Assembly (NCBI GenBank): GCA_034422655.1
Contig: DAOUJN010000035.1
Location: 78,549-142,548 of the forward strand
Direction: 5' to 3'
Length of the DNA: 64,000 nt
From: Dehalococcoidia bacterium
GTDB lineage: Bacteria > Chloroflexota > Dehalococcoidia > Lucifugimonadales > UBA3495
Shown: positions 1 through 8,626 of the stretch, in pieces
Layout: each line of letters opens with the position of its first letter
Numbering within the stretch: position 1 is the stretch's first letter
The notes under the pieces: generated by a model
The model's database searches: none
The model's input: only the letters and a program-made list of their open reading frames with translations
Told to the model about the DNA's origin: nothing
Position numbers and translations under genes: made by a program

Positions 1-1
1 G

Positions 2-553
2 GTGCTGGGTGAGGAAATTCGGGGCAGCAACCCCCGTTGGTGGGAGGACGTGCAGGTGGGCGACGCCCTGAAGCCGGTGGTCAAGGGCCCCATGAGCCAC
101 GGCGACATCACCGCCTTCGTGGCCGGCTGCATCGGCGGCATATCCCACGGCATACAGCTCAGGGAGATGCAGCGGCATCCCTCCTGGGGGTTCACCGACC
201 CCAACACCGGCGCCCAGGAGGCCATCATCCGCGTCCACGACATCCAGGAAGCGGCGGAAAGCGCCGGCCTGCCAGGGGCCTACGACTACGGCTGCCAGCG
301 CTGCTGCTGGATGGGCCACCTGCTGACCAACTGGATGGGCGACGACGGCTTCCTGAAGAAGATGTACGTGGAACTGCGCCGCTTCAACGTGGTGGGCGAC
401 ACCACCTGGTGCATGGGCACCGTCACCGGCAAGCGGGAGGAAAACGGCGAAAAGCTGGTGGACCTGGAAATCTGGGGCGAAAACCAGAAACAGCAGGTAA
501 CCACCAAGGGCACTGCCACTATCCGCCTGCCGTCAAAAGAGGCGGGTTGGTAG
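2..553 (+). CDS. MaoC-like (hotdog fold) acyl dehydratase, 5' end cut by the window edge
   Basis: ORF open from the window start. Sequence has hotdog/MaoC-like character (VGDTTWCMGTVTGKREENGEKLVDLEIWGENQ). Stop at 551-553. Confidence 0.6.
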   Translation: MLGEEIRGSNPRWWEDVQVGDALKPVVKGPMSHGDITAFVAGCIGGISHGIQLREMQRHPSWGFTDPNTGAQEAIIRVHDIQEAAESAGLPGAYDYGCQRCCWMGHLLTNWMGDDGFLKKMYVELRRFNVVGDTTWCMGTVTGKREENGEKLVDLEIWGENQKQQVTTKGTATIRLPSKEAGW

Positions 554-643
554 GAGTCCTTCGTTGCGGAAACCACATGATGCAAAGGTGGGGTTCAAGT
601 CCAATGGGTCGGAGCCTGTGAAGGGGCTGTTAGGAGCAATACC

Positions 644-1231
644 TCAGTGACCATAGGAACGGTTGTTGGGTTTAGGGCCTGGGACTCTGCCTATTGAGTC
701 GATCAATCTTTCCGTCTGGGCCGGGTTGCGCAATTCTATCACCCGCAAATGAGGATAATCCCCGTTGTCCAGAATCCGCCGGTAATTTCGCCGTAGACGG
801 TGATGGCTGGATACCACCCACAGGATAATGGATTCCCGGCTGAAGAAGGACTTCCTGAAACTTTCCCGGTTGCCGGAGAACAGTTCCTCCTGGGTCGCTG
901 CCCGCTTTACGGACCGACACAGCGCGCGCCACAGCACTATGCGGAAGGGATAGTTAAGCCATATAATGGTCGTCCCTCGTGCCCAGACAATATCCCTTAC
1001 GCGGCTGTAGTTTCCGTCAATCACCCACCTCTCCCCCGACACAACTTCGCTTACCATTTGCCGAAATTCTTCTTCAGGACGAGGTTGCCACGCGGGTTTC
1101 CAGTGGATGGAGTCTAACTCTATGCAGGGCGCTCTCAAGATTCGGGATAGCTCCCGGGCTAAAGTTGTTTTGCCCGAGCAACTTGTCCCGACAATTACCA
1201 ACCTCGCCTTCGCCCAGCCAGCAGGCTCCAT
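644..1231 (-). CDS. P-loop NTPase / adenylate-kinase-like AAA ATPase
   Basis: Walker A motif VIVGTSCSGKTTLAREL. The 644..1375 ORF was trimmed to the internal Met (MEPAGW) just upstream of the P-loop. The start is uncertain. Confidence 0.6.
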   Translation of the reverse strand: MEPAGWAKARLVIVGTSCSGKTTLARELSRILRAPCIELDSIHWKPAWQPRPEEEFRQMVSEVVSGERWVIDGNYSRVRDIVWARGTTIIWLNYPFRIVLWRALCRSVKRAATQEELFSGNRESFRKSFFSRESIILWVVSSHHRLRRNYRRILDNGDYPHLRVIELRNPAQTERLIDSIGRVPGPKPNNRSYGH

Positions 1232-1335
1232 CGGCCACCCCCAAGCAGGAACATTGCACCATAAGACATCTTTAACTAGGGATTTGGGAACGGGGCTATC
1301 TTCCCGTTCCAAGGGGAAGCAACTTGGTTGGCACT

Positions 1336-1581
1336 TTATGAAGATGCAGAAAGCCTGGCTACCGCAGCCCGCCATACGTTGGGGTCGCCGATGCGCACAG
1401 CCTGGTCAACGCCAACGTTTTCCAGGAGAAGCCCCAGCATCATAATCCGGCCATGCTCGGTCCCGAATATTCTCCCCTCAATCAGCTCAATCTTTTCCGG
1501 ACTCAATTGGTAGCGGACCATCGCCTCGGGACCCTGCCAGGCCCGTCCCTCCGGTCGCAGATCCCACTGGACTTCTTCCAT
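1336..1581 (-). CDS. small hypothetical protein (81 aa)
   Basis: An AAGGAGAGAGGG RBS lies about 7 nt upstream of the ATG. The IELIEGRI motif resembles the N-terminal motif of the two Uma2 nucleases in this window. Function unknown. Confidence 0.4.
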   Translation of the reverse strand: MEEVQWDLRPEGRAWQGPEAMVRYQLSPEKIELIEGRIFGTEHGRIMMLGLLLENVGVDQAVRIGDPNVWRAAVARLSASS

Positions 1582-1605
1582 ATCCCTACCCTCTCTCCTT
1601 ACCGC

Positions 1606-2820
1606 CTACAACCCAAACCTTTCCGCCGCCCGGGCAAACCCTTCAATGGCCCCTTCCAGCACCCAGTCGTCCACGCAGTAGGAGATGCGGAAGTGGCCCG
1701 GGGTGCCGAACCCTCTGCCCGGCACCACCAGCACGTTCCACTCCTGCAGGGCGTCTACAAATGCCGCGTCGTCAACCAAGGGTGACTTGGGGAACAGGTA
1801 GAAAGCGCCCTGGGGCTTGACCATGGAATAGCCCAGTTCCGTCAGGTGGGAATAGAGAAAGTCCCGCTTGCGCTGGTATTCCCCCACGTCCACGCTGACC
1901 CCCTGCAGCCCTCTAACCAGGTGCTGCATCAGGGCCGGGGCGTTGACGAACCCCAGGGTGCGGGTGCAGAAGACCATGCCGTCCACCAGTTCTCCCTTGT
2001 TCGGGTAGTCCGGGTGCACGGCGATGTAGCCGATGCGCTCCCCGGGCAGGCCCAGGTCCTTGGCGTGGGAGTTGACCACAATGGTGCGGTCGTACCGGCT
2101 GAACACCTGCGGGTAGGTCAGGCCGTCGTAAATCAGGTGGCGGTAGGGCTCGTCGCTGACGACGTAGATTTCGGTGCCGAACTCCCGTTGCTTGCGCTCC
2201 AGAAGGGCCGCCAGTTCCACTATCCGCTCCGCTGAATAGACCACCCCGGAGGGGTTGTTGGGGGAGTTGATGATGAGGCCCCGGGTGCGGGGCGTGATGG
2301 CCGCCTCGACAGCCGCCAGGTCCAGGTCGAATTCATCGGTGGTGGGGACGATCACCGGCACACCGTTATGGTTGTCGATGTAATAGACGTACTCGCCAAA
2401 GAAGGGCGACAGGATGATAACCTCGTCACCCGGGTTGAGGGTGGCCCGCAGCGCCACGTTGATGGCCCCTGCCGCGCCACAGCTCATGACAATATCCGCC
2501 GCCGAGAAGGGCAGCCCCGTTTCCGTCGCCAGGGTTTGCGCCACCGCGGCCCGGGTTTCGGGGTAACCGGCGTTGGGCATGTAGCGGTGCATACCTGCGG
2601 CGGGGTTCTGGGCCAGGCGCCGCAGCTCCTCGTTGAACTGCTCCGGCGGTTCCACCACGGGATTGCCCAGGGAAAGGTCGAACACCTTGTCATCGCCGTA
2701 CTGGGCCTTCAGGGCAATGCCCACTTCGAACATGCGGCGTATCCAGCCCCCCTCTTCCATGGAGCGGCGTACGTTATGGGAAATAGTCATGCCATATCGT
2801 CCATCATCAAGTTTGGGCAA
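1606..2820 (-). CDS. PLP-dependent aminotransferase, class I/II (aspartate aminotransferase-like)
   Basis: 404 aa. PLP-lysine context VNSHAKDLGLPGERIGY. TTG start preceded by GGGGAG. Confidence 0.85.
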   Translation of the reverse strand: MPKLDDGRYGMTISHNVRRSMEEGGWIRRMFEVGIALKAQYGDDKVFDLSLGNPVVEPPEQFNEELRRLAQNPAAGMHRYMPNAGYPETRAAVAQTLATETGLPFSAADIVMSCGAAGAINVALRATLNPGDEVIILSPFFGEYVYYIDNHNGVPVIVPTTDEFDLDLAAVEAAITPRTRGLIINSPNNPSGVVYSAERIVELAALLERKQREFGTEIYVVSDEPYRHLIYDGLTYPQVFSRYDRTIVVNSHAKDLGLPGERIGYIAVHPDYPNKGELVDGMVFCTRTLGFVNAPALMQHLVRGLQGVSVDVGEYQRKRDFLYSHLTELGYSMVKPQGAFYLFPKSPLVDDAAFVDALQEWNVLVVPGRGFGTPGHFRISYCVDDWVLEGAIEGFARAAERFGL

Positions 2821-2883
2821 GGATACTCCCCGCAGGCGGCGCCGGTAAAGGGGCGATGGGGCCCGCCCCGGGCTTGGGCGCCC

Positions 2884-3213
2884 CTATTTGGCCGGCAGTG
2901 AGCCGGCGAAGGCCACCGCCATTTCCAGCCAGTCACTTAGCGCCGCTTCCCCTGCCAGGCCCTCGCTACCAACGTACACGAACCCGCGCATGGGACGGCC
3001 GGTAAAGTCGAAGACCCTGGCATGGGGCCTGGCCAGGGCATCCTCGTAGGTATCCGGGCCGGTCCTGATTACCAGGTTGTCTCTCTCGACGCCGCAGCAC
3101 ATATTGCCGTTAAGCATGAAGGCCAGGCCGCCAAACATCTTTCGTTCCTGGATGTTTTCCAGGGGGCCCAGCAGGCGTCTTACCCGCTGGGCCAATTCCT
3201 CGTCATAGGCCAT
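2884..3213 (-). CDS. TfoX N-terminal domain protein
   Basis: MAYDEELAQRVRRLL...RKMFGGLAFMLNGNM is the typical TfoX_N pattern. ATG at 3213 follows an AGAGG RBS. Confidence 0.7.
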   Translation of the reverse strand: MAYDEELAQRVRRLLGPLENIQERKMFGGLAFMLNGNMCCGVERDNLVIRTGPDTYEDALARPHARVFDFTGRPMRGFVYVGSEGLAGEAALSDWLEMAVAFAGSLPAK

Positions 3214-3365
3214 GTTCAACCTCTGGGTGGCGGATAATGTTGTTTCGGGTAGTCTTTCAGGTCCCGAAACGCCGGCGGGACCATTTGCCCCGTTGGTTTG
3301 GAGATTCTACCATCACCGGCGACCTGGCTTAACGCCAAAATGACCTATATCGGTATACGATGTAA

Positions 3366-3395
3366 TTGTCTGCTGCTATCCGGTTAACATATAAT
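3366..3395 (+). promoter_or_regulatory. candidate sigma70-type promoter for the YtxH gene
   Basis: TTGTCT, 18-nt spacer, TATAAT, in an AT-rich intergenic region about 60 nt upstream of the ATG at 3458. Confidence 0.4.
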
Positions 3396-3457
3396 GATGT
3401 ATATCAATAGAAATGGCGAGACAGCCCATCGTGGCCGTCTTGTTGGGAGAGGGAATT

Positions 3458-3760
3458 ATGGCAGATAACGGATTGGACAAGTTTGTTACCGGAATGGTGT
3501 TCGGCGCCGCGGTAGGCGCCGCTATTGGGCTGCTGCTCGCCCCCAAGCCCGGAAGCGAGACGCGGCAGTTAGTGCGCGAGCGCGCCGGCGAGTACTTTGA
3601 CGTGGCCCGGGAGCGGGCCGGAGAGTACGCGGGTCCCGTACGGGAGCGCGCCGGCGAGGTTATCGGCACCGCCAGGGAAAGGGTAACCAGCGTACGCCGT
3701 CGCGGCAACCGGAATGAGGTGGAAGAACAGGACTCGGCGCCGGTGCTGGAAGACGAGTAA
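3458..3760 (+). CDS. YtxH domain protein with three RERAGE(Y/V) repeats
   Basis: A GGGAGAGGG RBS precedes the ATG at 3458. N-terminal helix FVTGMVFGAAVGAAIGLLLAPKPG. Internal repeats VRERAGEY / ARERAGEY / VRERAGEV. Confidence 0.7.
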   Translation: MADNGLDKFVTGMVFGAAVGAAIGLLLAPKPGSETRQLVRERAGEYFDVARERAGEYAGPVRERAGEVIGTARERVTSVRRRGNRNEVEEQDSAPVLEDE

Positions 3761-3820
3761 GTGTTGCGATGCCGGTTTGCCAGTGGGCAAGCCGGCGTCT
3801 CTTATCCACCGGCTAAGTTT

Positions 3821-3851
3821 GGGAGGGATTGAATCCCTCCCCTTTCTGATG
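3821..3851 (+). terminator. candidate rho-independent terminator after the YtxH gene
   Basis: GGGAGGGA-ttgaa-TCCCTCCC forms an 8-bp stem, followed by CTTTCTGATG. Modest T-tract. Confidence 0.4.
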
Positions 3852-3908
3852 TCCGGACCACCTTCACGGCCGGCGGGAAGAGTACCTGACTCACGGACAC
3901 CGCACCGA

Positions 3909-4697
3909 CTACAGCCCCAGCCGCCGCACCAGTTCCTCGGCGGTGACGATGGCCCCGCTCAGGCCCCTGGCGTCCTGGCCGGCGAGGAATACGGCCGCCT
4001 TGACCATATCCTCGGGAGTGGCCCAGGTGGAGTAGTCGGCGTCGGGCCGCTGGGCCTGGAACCCCTCGGTCAGCACCGGACGCAGGGGGCGCAGCACGTT
4101 GACCGCGATGTTATGCTGCCCCAGTTCCGCCGACAGGCCCCAGCTGAACCGCTCTACCGCCGCCTTGGACACGCCGTAAGCCTGCCCCATCATCGCAATG
4201 CCCTCGGCGGAGTCGGCGGAAAGGGTGGACGAGAAAATGTTGTCGGCGGCGTGGGAAGAAATGTTGATGATGCTGCCCCCGCCCTGCTCCACCATCACCG
4301 GCGCCACGGCGCGGCAGCCGATGTAGGTGGCCCGCAGGTTGATGTCCATCACCAGGTCCCACTCCCGCAGGGTGGACTCCAGGAACGGGCGGTAGGTGCC
4401 GACGCCTGCGTTGTTAATGAGCACGTCCACGGCCCCGAAAACGTCCAGTGTCCGGTCCACCATGGCGCGGATGCTGTCCTCTTCCCGCACGTTGCAGGGC
4501 ACCGGCAGGGCCTTGCCGCCCAGGGCCTCGATTTCGGCGGCGGTGGCGTAGATGGTACCAGGGGCCAGGTCGCGCTCCGTTTCCGACCGTGCGGCCACCA
4601 CCACGGAGGCGCCTTCCCGGGCCAGCCCCAGGGCCACGGCCTTGCCAATGCCCCGGCTGGAGCCGGTTACGATGGCTACCCTGCCGTCCAGCGTCAC
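3909..4697 (-). CDS. SDR family oxidoreductase
   Basis: TGSSRGIGKA cofactor motif and YGVSKAA catalytic motif. 262 aa. Confidence 0.85.
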   Translation of the reverse strand: MTLDGRVAIVTGSSRGIGKAVALGLAREGASVVVAARSETERDLAPGTIYATAAEIEALGGKALPVPCNVREEDSIRAMVDRTLDVFGAVDVLINNAGVGTYRPFLESTLREWDLVMDINLRATYIGCRAVAPVMVEQGGGSIINISSHAADNIFSSTLSADSAEGIAMMGQAYGVSKAAVERFSWGLSAELGQHNIAVNVLRPLRPVLTEGFQAQRPDADYSTWATPEDMVKAAVFLAGQDARGLSGAIVTAEELVRRLGL

Positions 4698-4725
4698 GGG
4701 TGACTGTCCTCTGCTACGAATGGCG

Positions 4726-5682
4726 TCAATTTCCCAGCAGCCCCCGGGGGCGCAGCCGGTAATGGCGGTCCAACTCTGAAGCGTAGACGGCGCCCAGGTC
4801 GCCGCCGTGGGCCTCCATCCATTCGCTGAACAGGGTGGTGGCTCGGGGCGGTTCCGTGGAAACCAGCAGGTTGGCGGTTAGGCCCACCAGTTCGTCGCGG
4901 GTCAGCACCACGTCCCGCACGAAGTAGCCCACGACACGGGACAGTGACAGCGCCAGTGCCGGCGGCACGTGGGCGAGCTTCGCTCTGCTGCCCACGTGTT
5001 TTTCCATCAATAGCACAAGCTCGTCGAAGGTATAGGTTTCGGGTCCCACGGCGTCGATGGTTGAACTTTCCGAATCTTCCCCCGCCGAGACTGCCAGGTC
5101 TGCCAGGTCTCCCACGTACACCGGTTGGGACCGGTAGCGGCCGTCGCCGGCCACGGGGAAGAAGGGAAAGCGGCGCAGGGCCCAGGCGATGTTGTTGAGG
5201 AGGATGTCGCCTTCGCCGAAAACCAGCGCCGGTCGGATAATGGCGTGTGAAAGGTCGGAATCCCGAATAGCCTCTTCCACCAGGGCCTTGCCACGAAAGT
5301 AGGGCAAGGTTGACTCGGCCGACGGGTTAGTGATGCTGACGTGGACCATGCGGCGAACGCCAGCCTCGGTCGCCGCCCGTACCAGCGCTCTGGAGTTCTC
5401 CACGGCCCGCTCAAAGGTAATTGGGCCGTTGGCGAAGCGTACCCAGTAGGTGTTGTACAGGGTGTCTACGCCCCGCAGCCCTTCGACCAGCGCCTGGGGC
5501 CGGTCGAAGTCAAATGGGACCGCCTCCACCTGCCCGCCAAAGGGGTCGCCGGCGGTACCCTGCAATTGTGGGCGGCCCGTAAGGGTGCGCACCGACCGGC
5601 CCGCGTCCAGCAAGCGCCGGGCAATGTGCCGGCCCGTAAAGCCGAAGGCCCCGGTGACGACGTCCAATTTCGGCGAGGACAT
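4726..5682 (-). CDS. NAD(P)-binding NmrA / complex-I 39-kDa-like epimerase family protein
   Basis: VTGAFGFTGRHIARRLL Rossmann motif. ATG at 5682 lies downstream of GAGGTGG. The longest ORF starts at TTG 5691. Confidence 0.7.
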   Translation of the reverse strand: MSSPKLDVVTGAFGFTGRHIARRLLDAGRSVRTLTGRPQLQGTAGDPFGGQVEAVPFDFDRPQALVEGLRGVDTLYNTYWVRFANGPITFERAVENSRALVRAATEAGVRRMVHVSITNPSAESTLPYFRGKALVEEAIRDSDLSHAIIRPALVFGEGDILLNNIAWALRRFPFFPVAGDGRYRSQPVYVGDLADLAVSAGEDSESSTIDAVGPETYTFDELVLLMEKHVGSRAKLAHVPPALALSLSRVVGYFVRDVVLTRDELVGLTANLLVSTEPPRATTLFSEWMEAHGGDLGAVYASELDRHYRLRPRGLLGN

Positions 5683-5722
5683 CCTCTTCAATCCACCTCA
5701 GTGTCTATTCCGCAAACGGAAA

Positions 5723-6166
5723 CTATCTGTCCTTCCCGGCCACTGCCTCGCCGGACAGGATGGGCAGCAGCAATTCGGCGGCATGCTCCAGCACAATTCC
5801 GGTTACTTCACCGGAGTCGTTGGACTCGGCAATCAGATTTTGCGCTACCGTTTCGCCATTCCCGGCCGGCACGCCGTTCCAAAGCACCAGGGTGTCGGTC
5901 TGCTGGTGATACCGGATTAGCAATTTCTTTTCCGGTTCCAGTTTGATCATGGCTCCGAAATATAACTCCCTTCCGTCCCGGTCAATTTCCCGATGGTACG
6001 GTTCAACTAAAGCCCTTTCAATCCACTCAGGATTAACGTCGGAGTGACGTTCCCTTGCGTCCGTGAGGTAATGGTCGGTAGGGTCGGAAATTACCTGCCT
6101 CGCATAACGCCGGCGCTGCGCTTCCTCTTCGCGGTGACTGCCTGAAGCGTATTCCAAACCTGTCAC
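5723..6166 (-). CDS. hypothetical protein; N-terminal DUF4258-like, C-terminal DUF2283-like (inference)
   Basis: 147 aa. The N-terminal half (YLTDARERHSDVNPEWIERALVEP...DGRELYFG) resembles DUF4258 toxin-like proteins. The C-terminal half (DTLVLWNG...SGEVTGIVLEHAAELL) resembles DUF2283. Confidence 0.45.
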   Translation of the reverse strand: MTGLEYASGSHREEEAQRRRYARQVISDPTDHYLTDARERHSDVNPEWIERALVEPYHREIDRDGRELYFGAMIKLEPEKKLLIRYHQQTDTLVLWNGVPAGNGETVAQNLIAESNDSGEVTGIVLEHAAELLLPILSGEAVAGKDR

Positions 6167-6281
6167 TGGTTACTCTGGTTGCAGCAGAAGCGGCTATTGC
6201 ATGAATTTTAGCATGGAACATTGGCCTACGTTTGCTCATCCGTGAATAGCCGCTACTGTCCATGTTCTACGGATTGGTTGC

Positions 6282-7229
6282 CTAGAGAGCATCGACACTG
6301 TCAAATACGTGCTCTACAAAGTCGTCCCAATAGTGCCCCTTCTCGGACTCACACGCCTCTACCTGAATGATTACTCCGCCCCAGTTGGATAAGATATACA
6401 GTGCCGCTCCGTGAGTAGTCCCGCATTTGCCTCCGGACTGCCGTGTATAGAGTACCTCGTGGTGATAACTGCCCCTGGATTCCTCACTCACTCTATGCTG
6501 AACTACGTGAGATTCCACATCGATTCGGGAAAAATCTTTGGCGTCGAAATCTTCTTTCCATTCCCATCCCGACTTGACGAAAATGGAGGTGACGATTATG
6601 CGCTGGTAATCACTTCCCACGTACAAGGTCTCCCGGGCAATGATCCGTTGACCTTCGTAAGGCTCCGGGTCTTCTTCCCTAGTCCAATCCGATGGTATAT
6701 CTATCTCGCTCAGTCCCTCCGGCCGGTAAGTTCGCCAAGAGTATCGGGGAGGTGTTGGCGTAGGGGTGGGCGCAGGAGTCGCCGTAGGCCGGGGAGTAGC
6801 GGTAGGCCGTGGCGTCGGGGCAGGAGTGGGCGTAGACGTAGACGTAGGCTGAGTAGTAGGGGTTGGTGTAGCAGTGGGTGTTGCGGTTGGCGTAGCAGTA
6901 GGCGTCGGTGTAGCAGTAGCAGTAGCAGTAGGCGTTGCTGTTGCTGTTGCTGTTGCTGTTGGAGTAGGCTTCACTGTGGATGTGGTCGTTTCCGTCGGCA
7001 CTGGCGTGTCGGTTGGAACCGGCTCCGGTGTGACAGTCGGTCGAAGCGTGGGAACTGGCGTTAGTGTAGCCGTGGGCTGGGCCGCCACCGTCGGAGCTGG
7101 AGTGTCAGTGGGCAGAGAAACCACCGGTTCCGGCGTTGGAATGGCCGGGGTTGCCGTGGGCAAGGGGTCAGAGCAGGCGGCGAAAGCCGTGAGCAGTATA
7201 ATCAGCGCAACAATGACCAGGCACTTCAT
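6282..7229 (-). CDS. lipoprotein with a long Pro/Thr/Ala-rich linker and a globular C-terminal domain
   Basis: Signal peptide [19 protein letters not shown] has a lipobox-like AAC. About 130 aa of PT/TA repeats follow. The longest ORF starts at 7277. Confidence 0.6.
   Translation of the reverse strand: MKCLVIVALIILLTAFAACSDPLPTATPAIPTPEPVVSLPTDTPAPTVAAQPTATLTPVPTLRPTVTPEPVPTDTPVPTETTTSTVKPTPTATATATATPTATATATPTPTATPTATPTATPTPTTQPTSTSTPTPAPTPRPTATPRPTATPAPTPTPTPPRYSWRTYRPEGLSEIDIPSDWTREEDPEPYEGQRIIARETLYVGSDYQRIIVTSIFVKSGWEWKEDFDAKDFSRIDVESHVVQHRVSEESRGSYHHEVLYTRQSGGKCGTTHGAALYILSNWGGVIIQVEACESEKGHYWDDFVEHVFDSVDAL
6745..7150. repeat. low-complexity coding repeat (PT/TA-rich linker of the lipoprotein)
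   Basis: Near-perfect hexanucleotide runs: (gcagta)x3 at about 6913-6930 and (gctgtt)x4 at about 6936-6960. Degenerate PT-coding repeats surround them. Confidence 0.7.
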
Positions 7230-7306
7230 TCGAATTCTCCCAAAAGAAAAGAGGAAATAGGTTGCAGAAACCTGCATAGGCGGTAAAAGTAAGGAGAAGT
7301 CGGCGG

Positions 7307-7789
7307 CTATTCCAAAAGGGGAGCGGCGCCGGTCAACAGGGCGACCGCCGGAGTTGTTCCGGCCGGGTTAGAGGGGAAATCCGTGGATGCCTTGCTGCCG
7401 GAGGGCAGGAATGTAACAGTGGCAATAGCCTGGGACATTCTGCGGGCAGCCCACTGCCGCGAACAGGCGGACAAGGCTGCCACCGGCGCGGAAAGAGGAC
7501 GCCGGGAGGTCACTTTAATCAGTTGTCGCCCCACGCCATAGCAGACGACCTGCATGAAAAAGGCGGTTACCCATACCTGTACGTTCAACAGAAGCCAATC
7601 GGCGGCGGTGCTGGATACGAACGCCACGCCCGCCTCTACTGGGGAGACGCCTATCAAGGAGGCAAAGCCAACGACCAAGAGTAAGAAAGCCCCGGGCGTG
7701 GCCCAAGGCAAGATAATGCTGCACTTGGCCCAAGCCCTCAGGATAATTCGAGGTAGTTGTCGCTGGTCCCGGCTCACGAAGTACAACAT
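7307..7789 (-). CDS. hypothetical membrane protein (weak call)
   Basis: 160-aa ORF with hydrophobic stretches ([29 protein letters not shown]). No clear RBS and no recognisable family. Confidence 0.25.
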   Translation of the reverse strand: MLYFVSRDQRQLPRIILRAWAKCSIILPWATPGAFLLLVVGFASLIGVSPVEAGVAFVSSTAADWLLLNVQVWVTAFFMQVVCYGVGRQLIKVTSRRPLSAPVAALSACSRQWAARRMSQAIATVTFLPSGSKASTDFPSNPAGTTPAVALLTGAAPLLE

Positions 7790-7902
7790 CCCATAACCAA
7801 TCTAACCGATTCCGCCGTAAAGGGCAACCGATGGCCGTCATCGGCCAGGGCAATCACACTTTCAATGGAACGTCTAGTTGACCTAGTTCAATTCAAGCCC
7901 AT

Positions 7903-8010
7903 ATTCTCACCGCAGAGACCCAGAGACCGCGGAGTTGCATAGAGATTCTATGCGCTCCTTTGCGCCCTCTGCGCCTCTACGGTTAAAGGAATCCTCGAAA
8001 TGCGATTGCC
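7903..8010. repeat. Family C repeat, copy 1 (CACAGAG/CAGAG-rich long hairpin element)
   Basis: Alignable over about 105 bp with 24511-24618 in the same orientation and with 20353-20462 inverted. Shared tail GGTTAAAGGAATCCTCGAAATGCGATTGCC. Confidence 0.8.
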
Positions 8011-8033
8011 TTGTGTCAGCTGCAAACGCCACG

Positions 8034-8061
8034 TTGCCCCACCCGCAACAGTTGGTATAGT
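8034..8061 (+). promoter_or_regulatory. sigma70-like promoter upstream of coxS-like gene
   Basis: TTGCCC, 16-nt spacer, then TGgTATAGT (extended -10). It lies 74 nt upstream of the ATG at 8135. Confidence 0.45.
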
Positions 8062-8134
8062 ATGGGGCCAGGCCTGCCCACCTACCCCTGAAGGCAAATC
8101 GGTTGCAACGGGCAAGAAATGAGGAACGAAAACC

Positions 8135-8626
8135 ATGGCCCAGAGCATTAGGTTAACGGTGAACGGGACGGATAGGGAGGTGGAAGCGCCCGCCCGCCGC
8201 CTGCTGGTGGATTTGCTGCGCTACGACCTGGGTTTGACCGGCACCAAGGAAGGCTGCAGCGTAGGCGTCTGCGGCGCCTGCACCGTCCTGGTGAACGGGG
8301 AGATGGTGGCTTCCTGCATCACCCTGGCTGCCGCGGTGGAAGGTTCCGAGATTACTACCATCGAGGGCCTGGCCCAGGATGGTCGGCTGCATCCGGTGCA
8401 GCAGGCCTTCATCGACTACGGCGGCTTCCAGTGCGGCATCTGCACTCCCGGCCAGGTGATGGCCGCCAAGGCCCTGCTGGACGAGAATCCCAGCCCCACC
8501 GAGGAGGAGGTGCGGGACTGGATGATGGGCAACCTGTGCCGTTGCACCGGCTACTACAAAATCCTGGAGTCGGTGGTTGCCGCCATGAGCCCCGCAGGTT
8601 CGCAGGAAGGGGGCGCCAACAACTGA
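8135..8626 (+). CDS. (2Fe-2S)-binding small subunit of a CO/xanthine dehydrogenase-family molybdoenzyme (CoxS/CutS-like)
   Basis: [11 protein letters not shown] and QCGICTPG cluster motifs. 163 aa. Confidence 0.9.
   Translation: MAQSIRLTVNGTDREVEAPARRLLVDLLRYDLGLTGTKEGCSVGVCGACTVLVNGEMVASCITLAAAVEGSEITTIEGLAQDGRLHPVQQAFIDYGGFQCGICTPGQVMAAKALLDENPSPTEEEVRDWMMGNLCRCTGYYKILESVVAAMSPAGSQEGGANN

Noticed and set aside
575-625. tRNA-like T-arm sequence GGTGGGGTTCAAGTCCAATGGGTCGGAGCC in the 553-643 intergenic spacer. It could have been a tRNA gene or an integration-site remnant.
   Set aside because: The flanks of the TTCAAGT loop do not pair into a 5-bp T-stem (TGGGG versus CCAAT). No acceptor, D or anticodon arms can be drawn, and there is no CCA context. 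The evidence is insufficient for a tRNA or an att remnant.
8431-8625. Upstream extension of the coxM ORF (start at 8431), overlapping coxS in another frame.
   Set aside because: The typical CoxM N-terminus begins at the ATG at 8626, which overlaps the coxS stop (TGATG coupling). The extension is a Pro/Gly/Arg-rich shadow frame.
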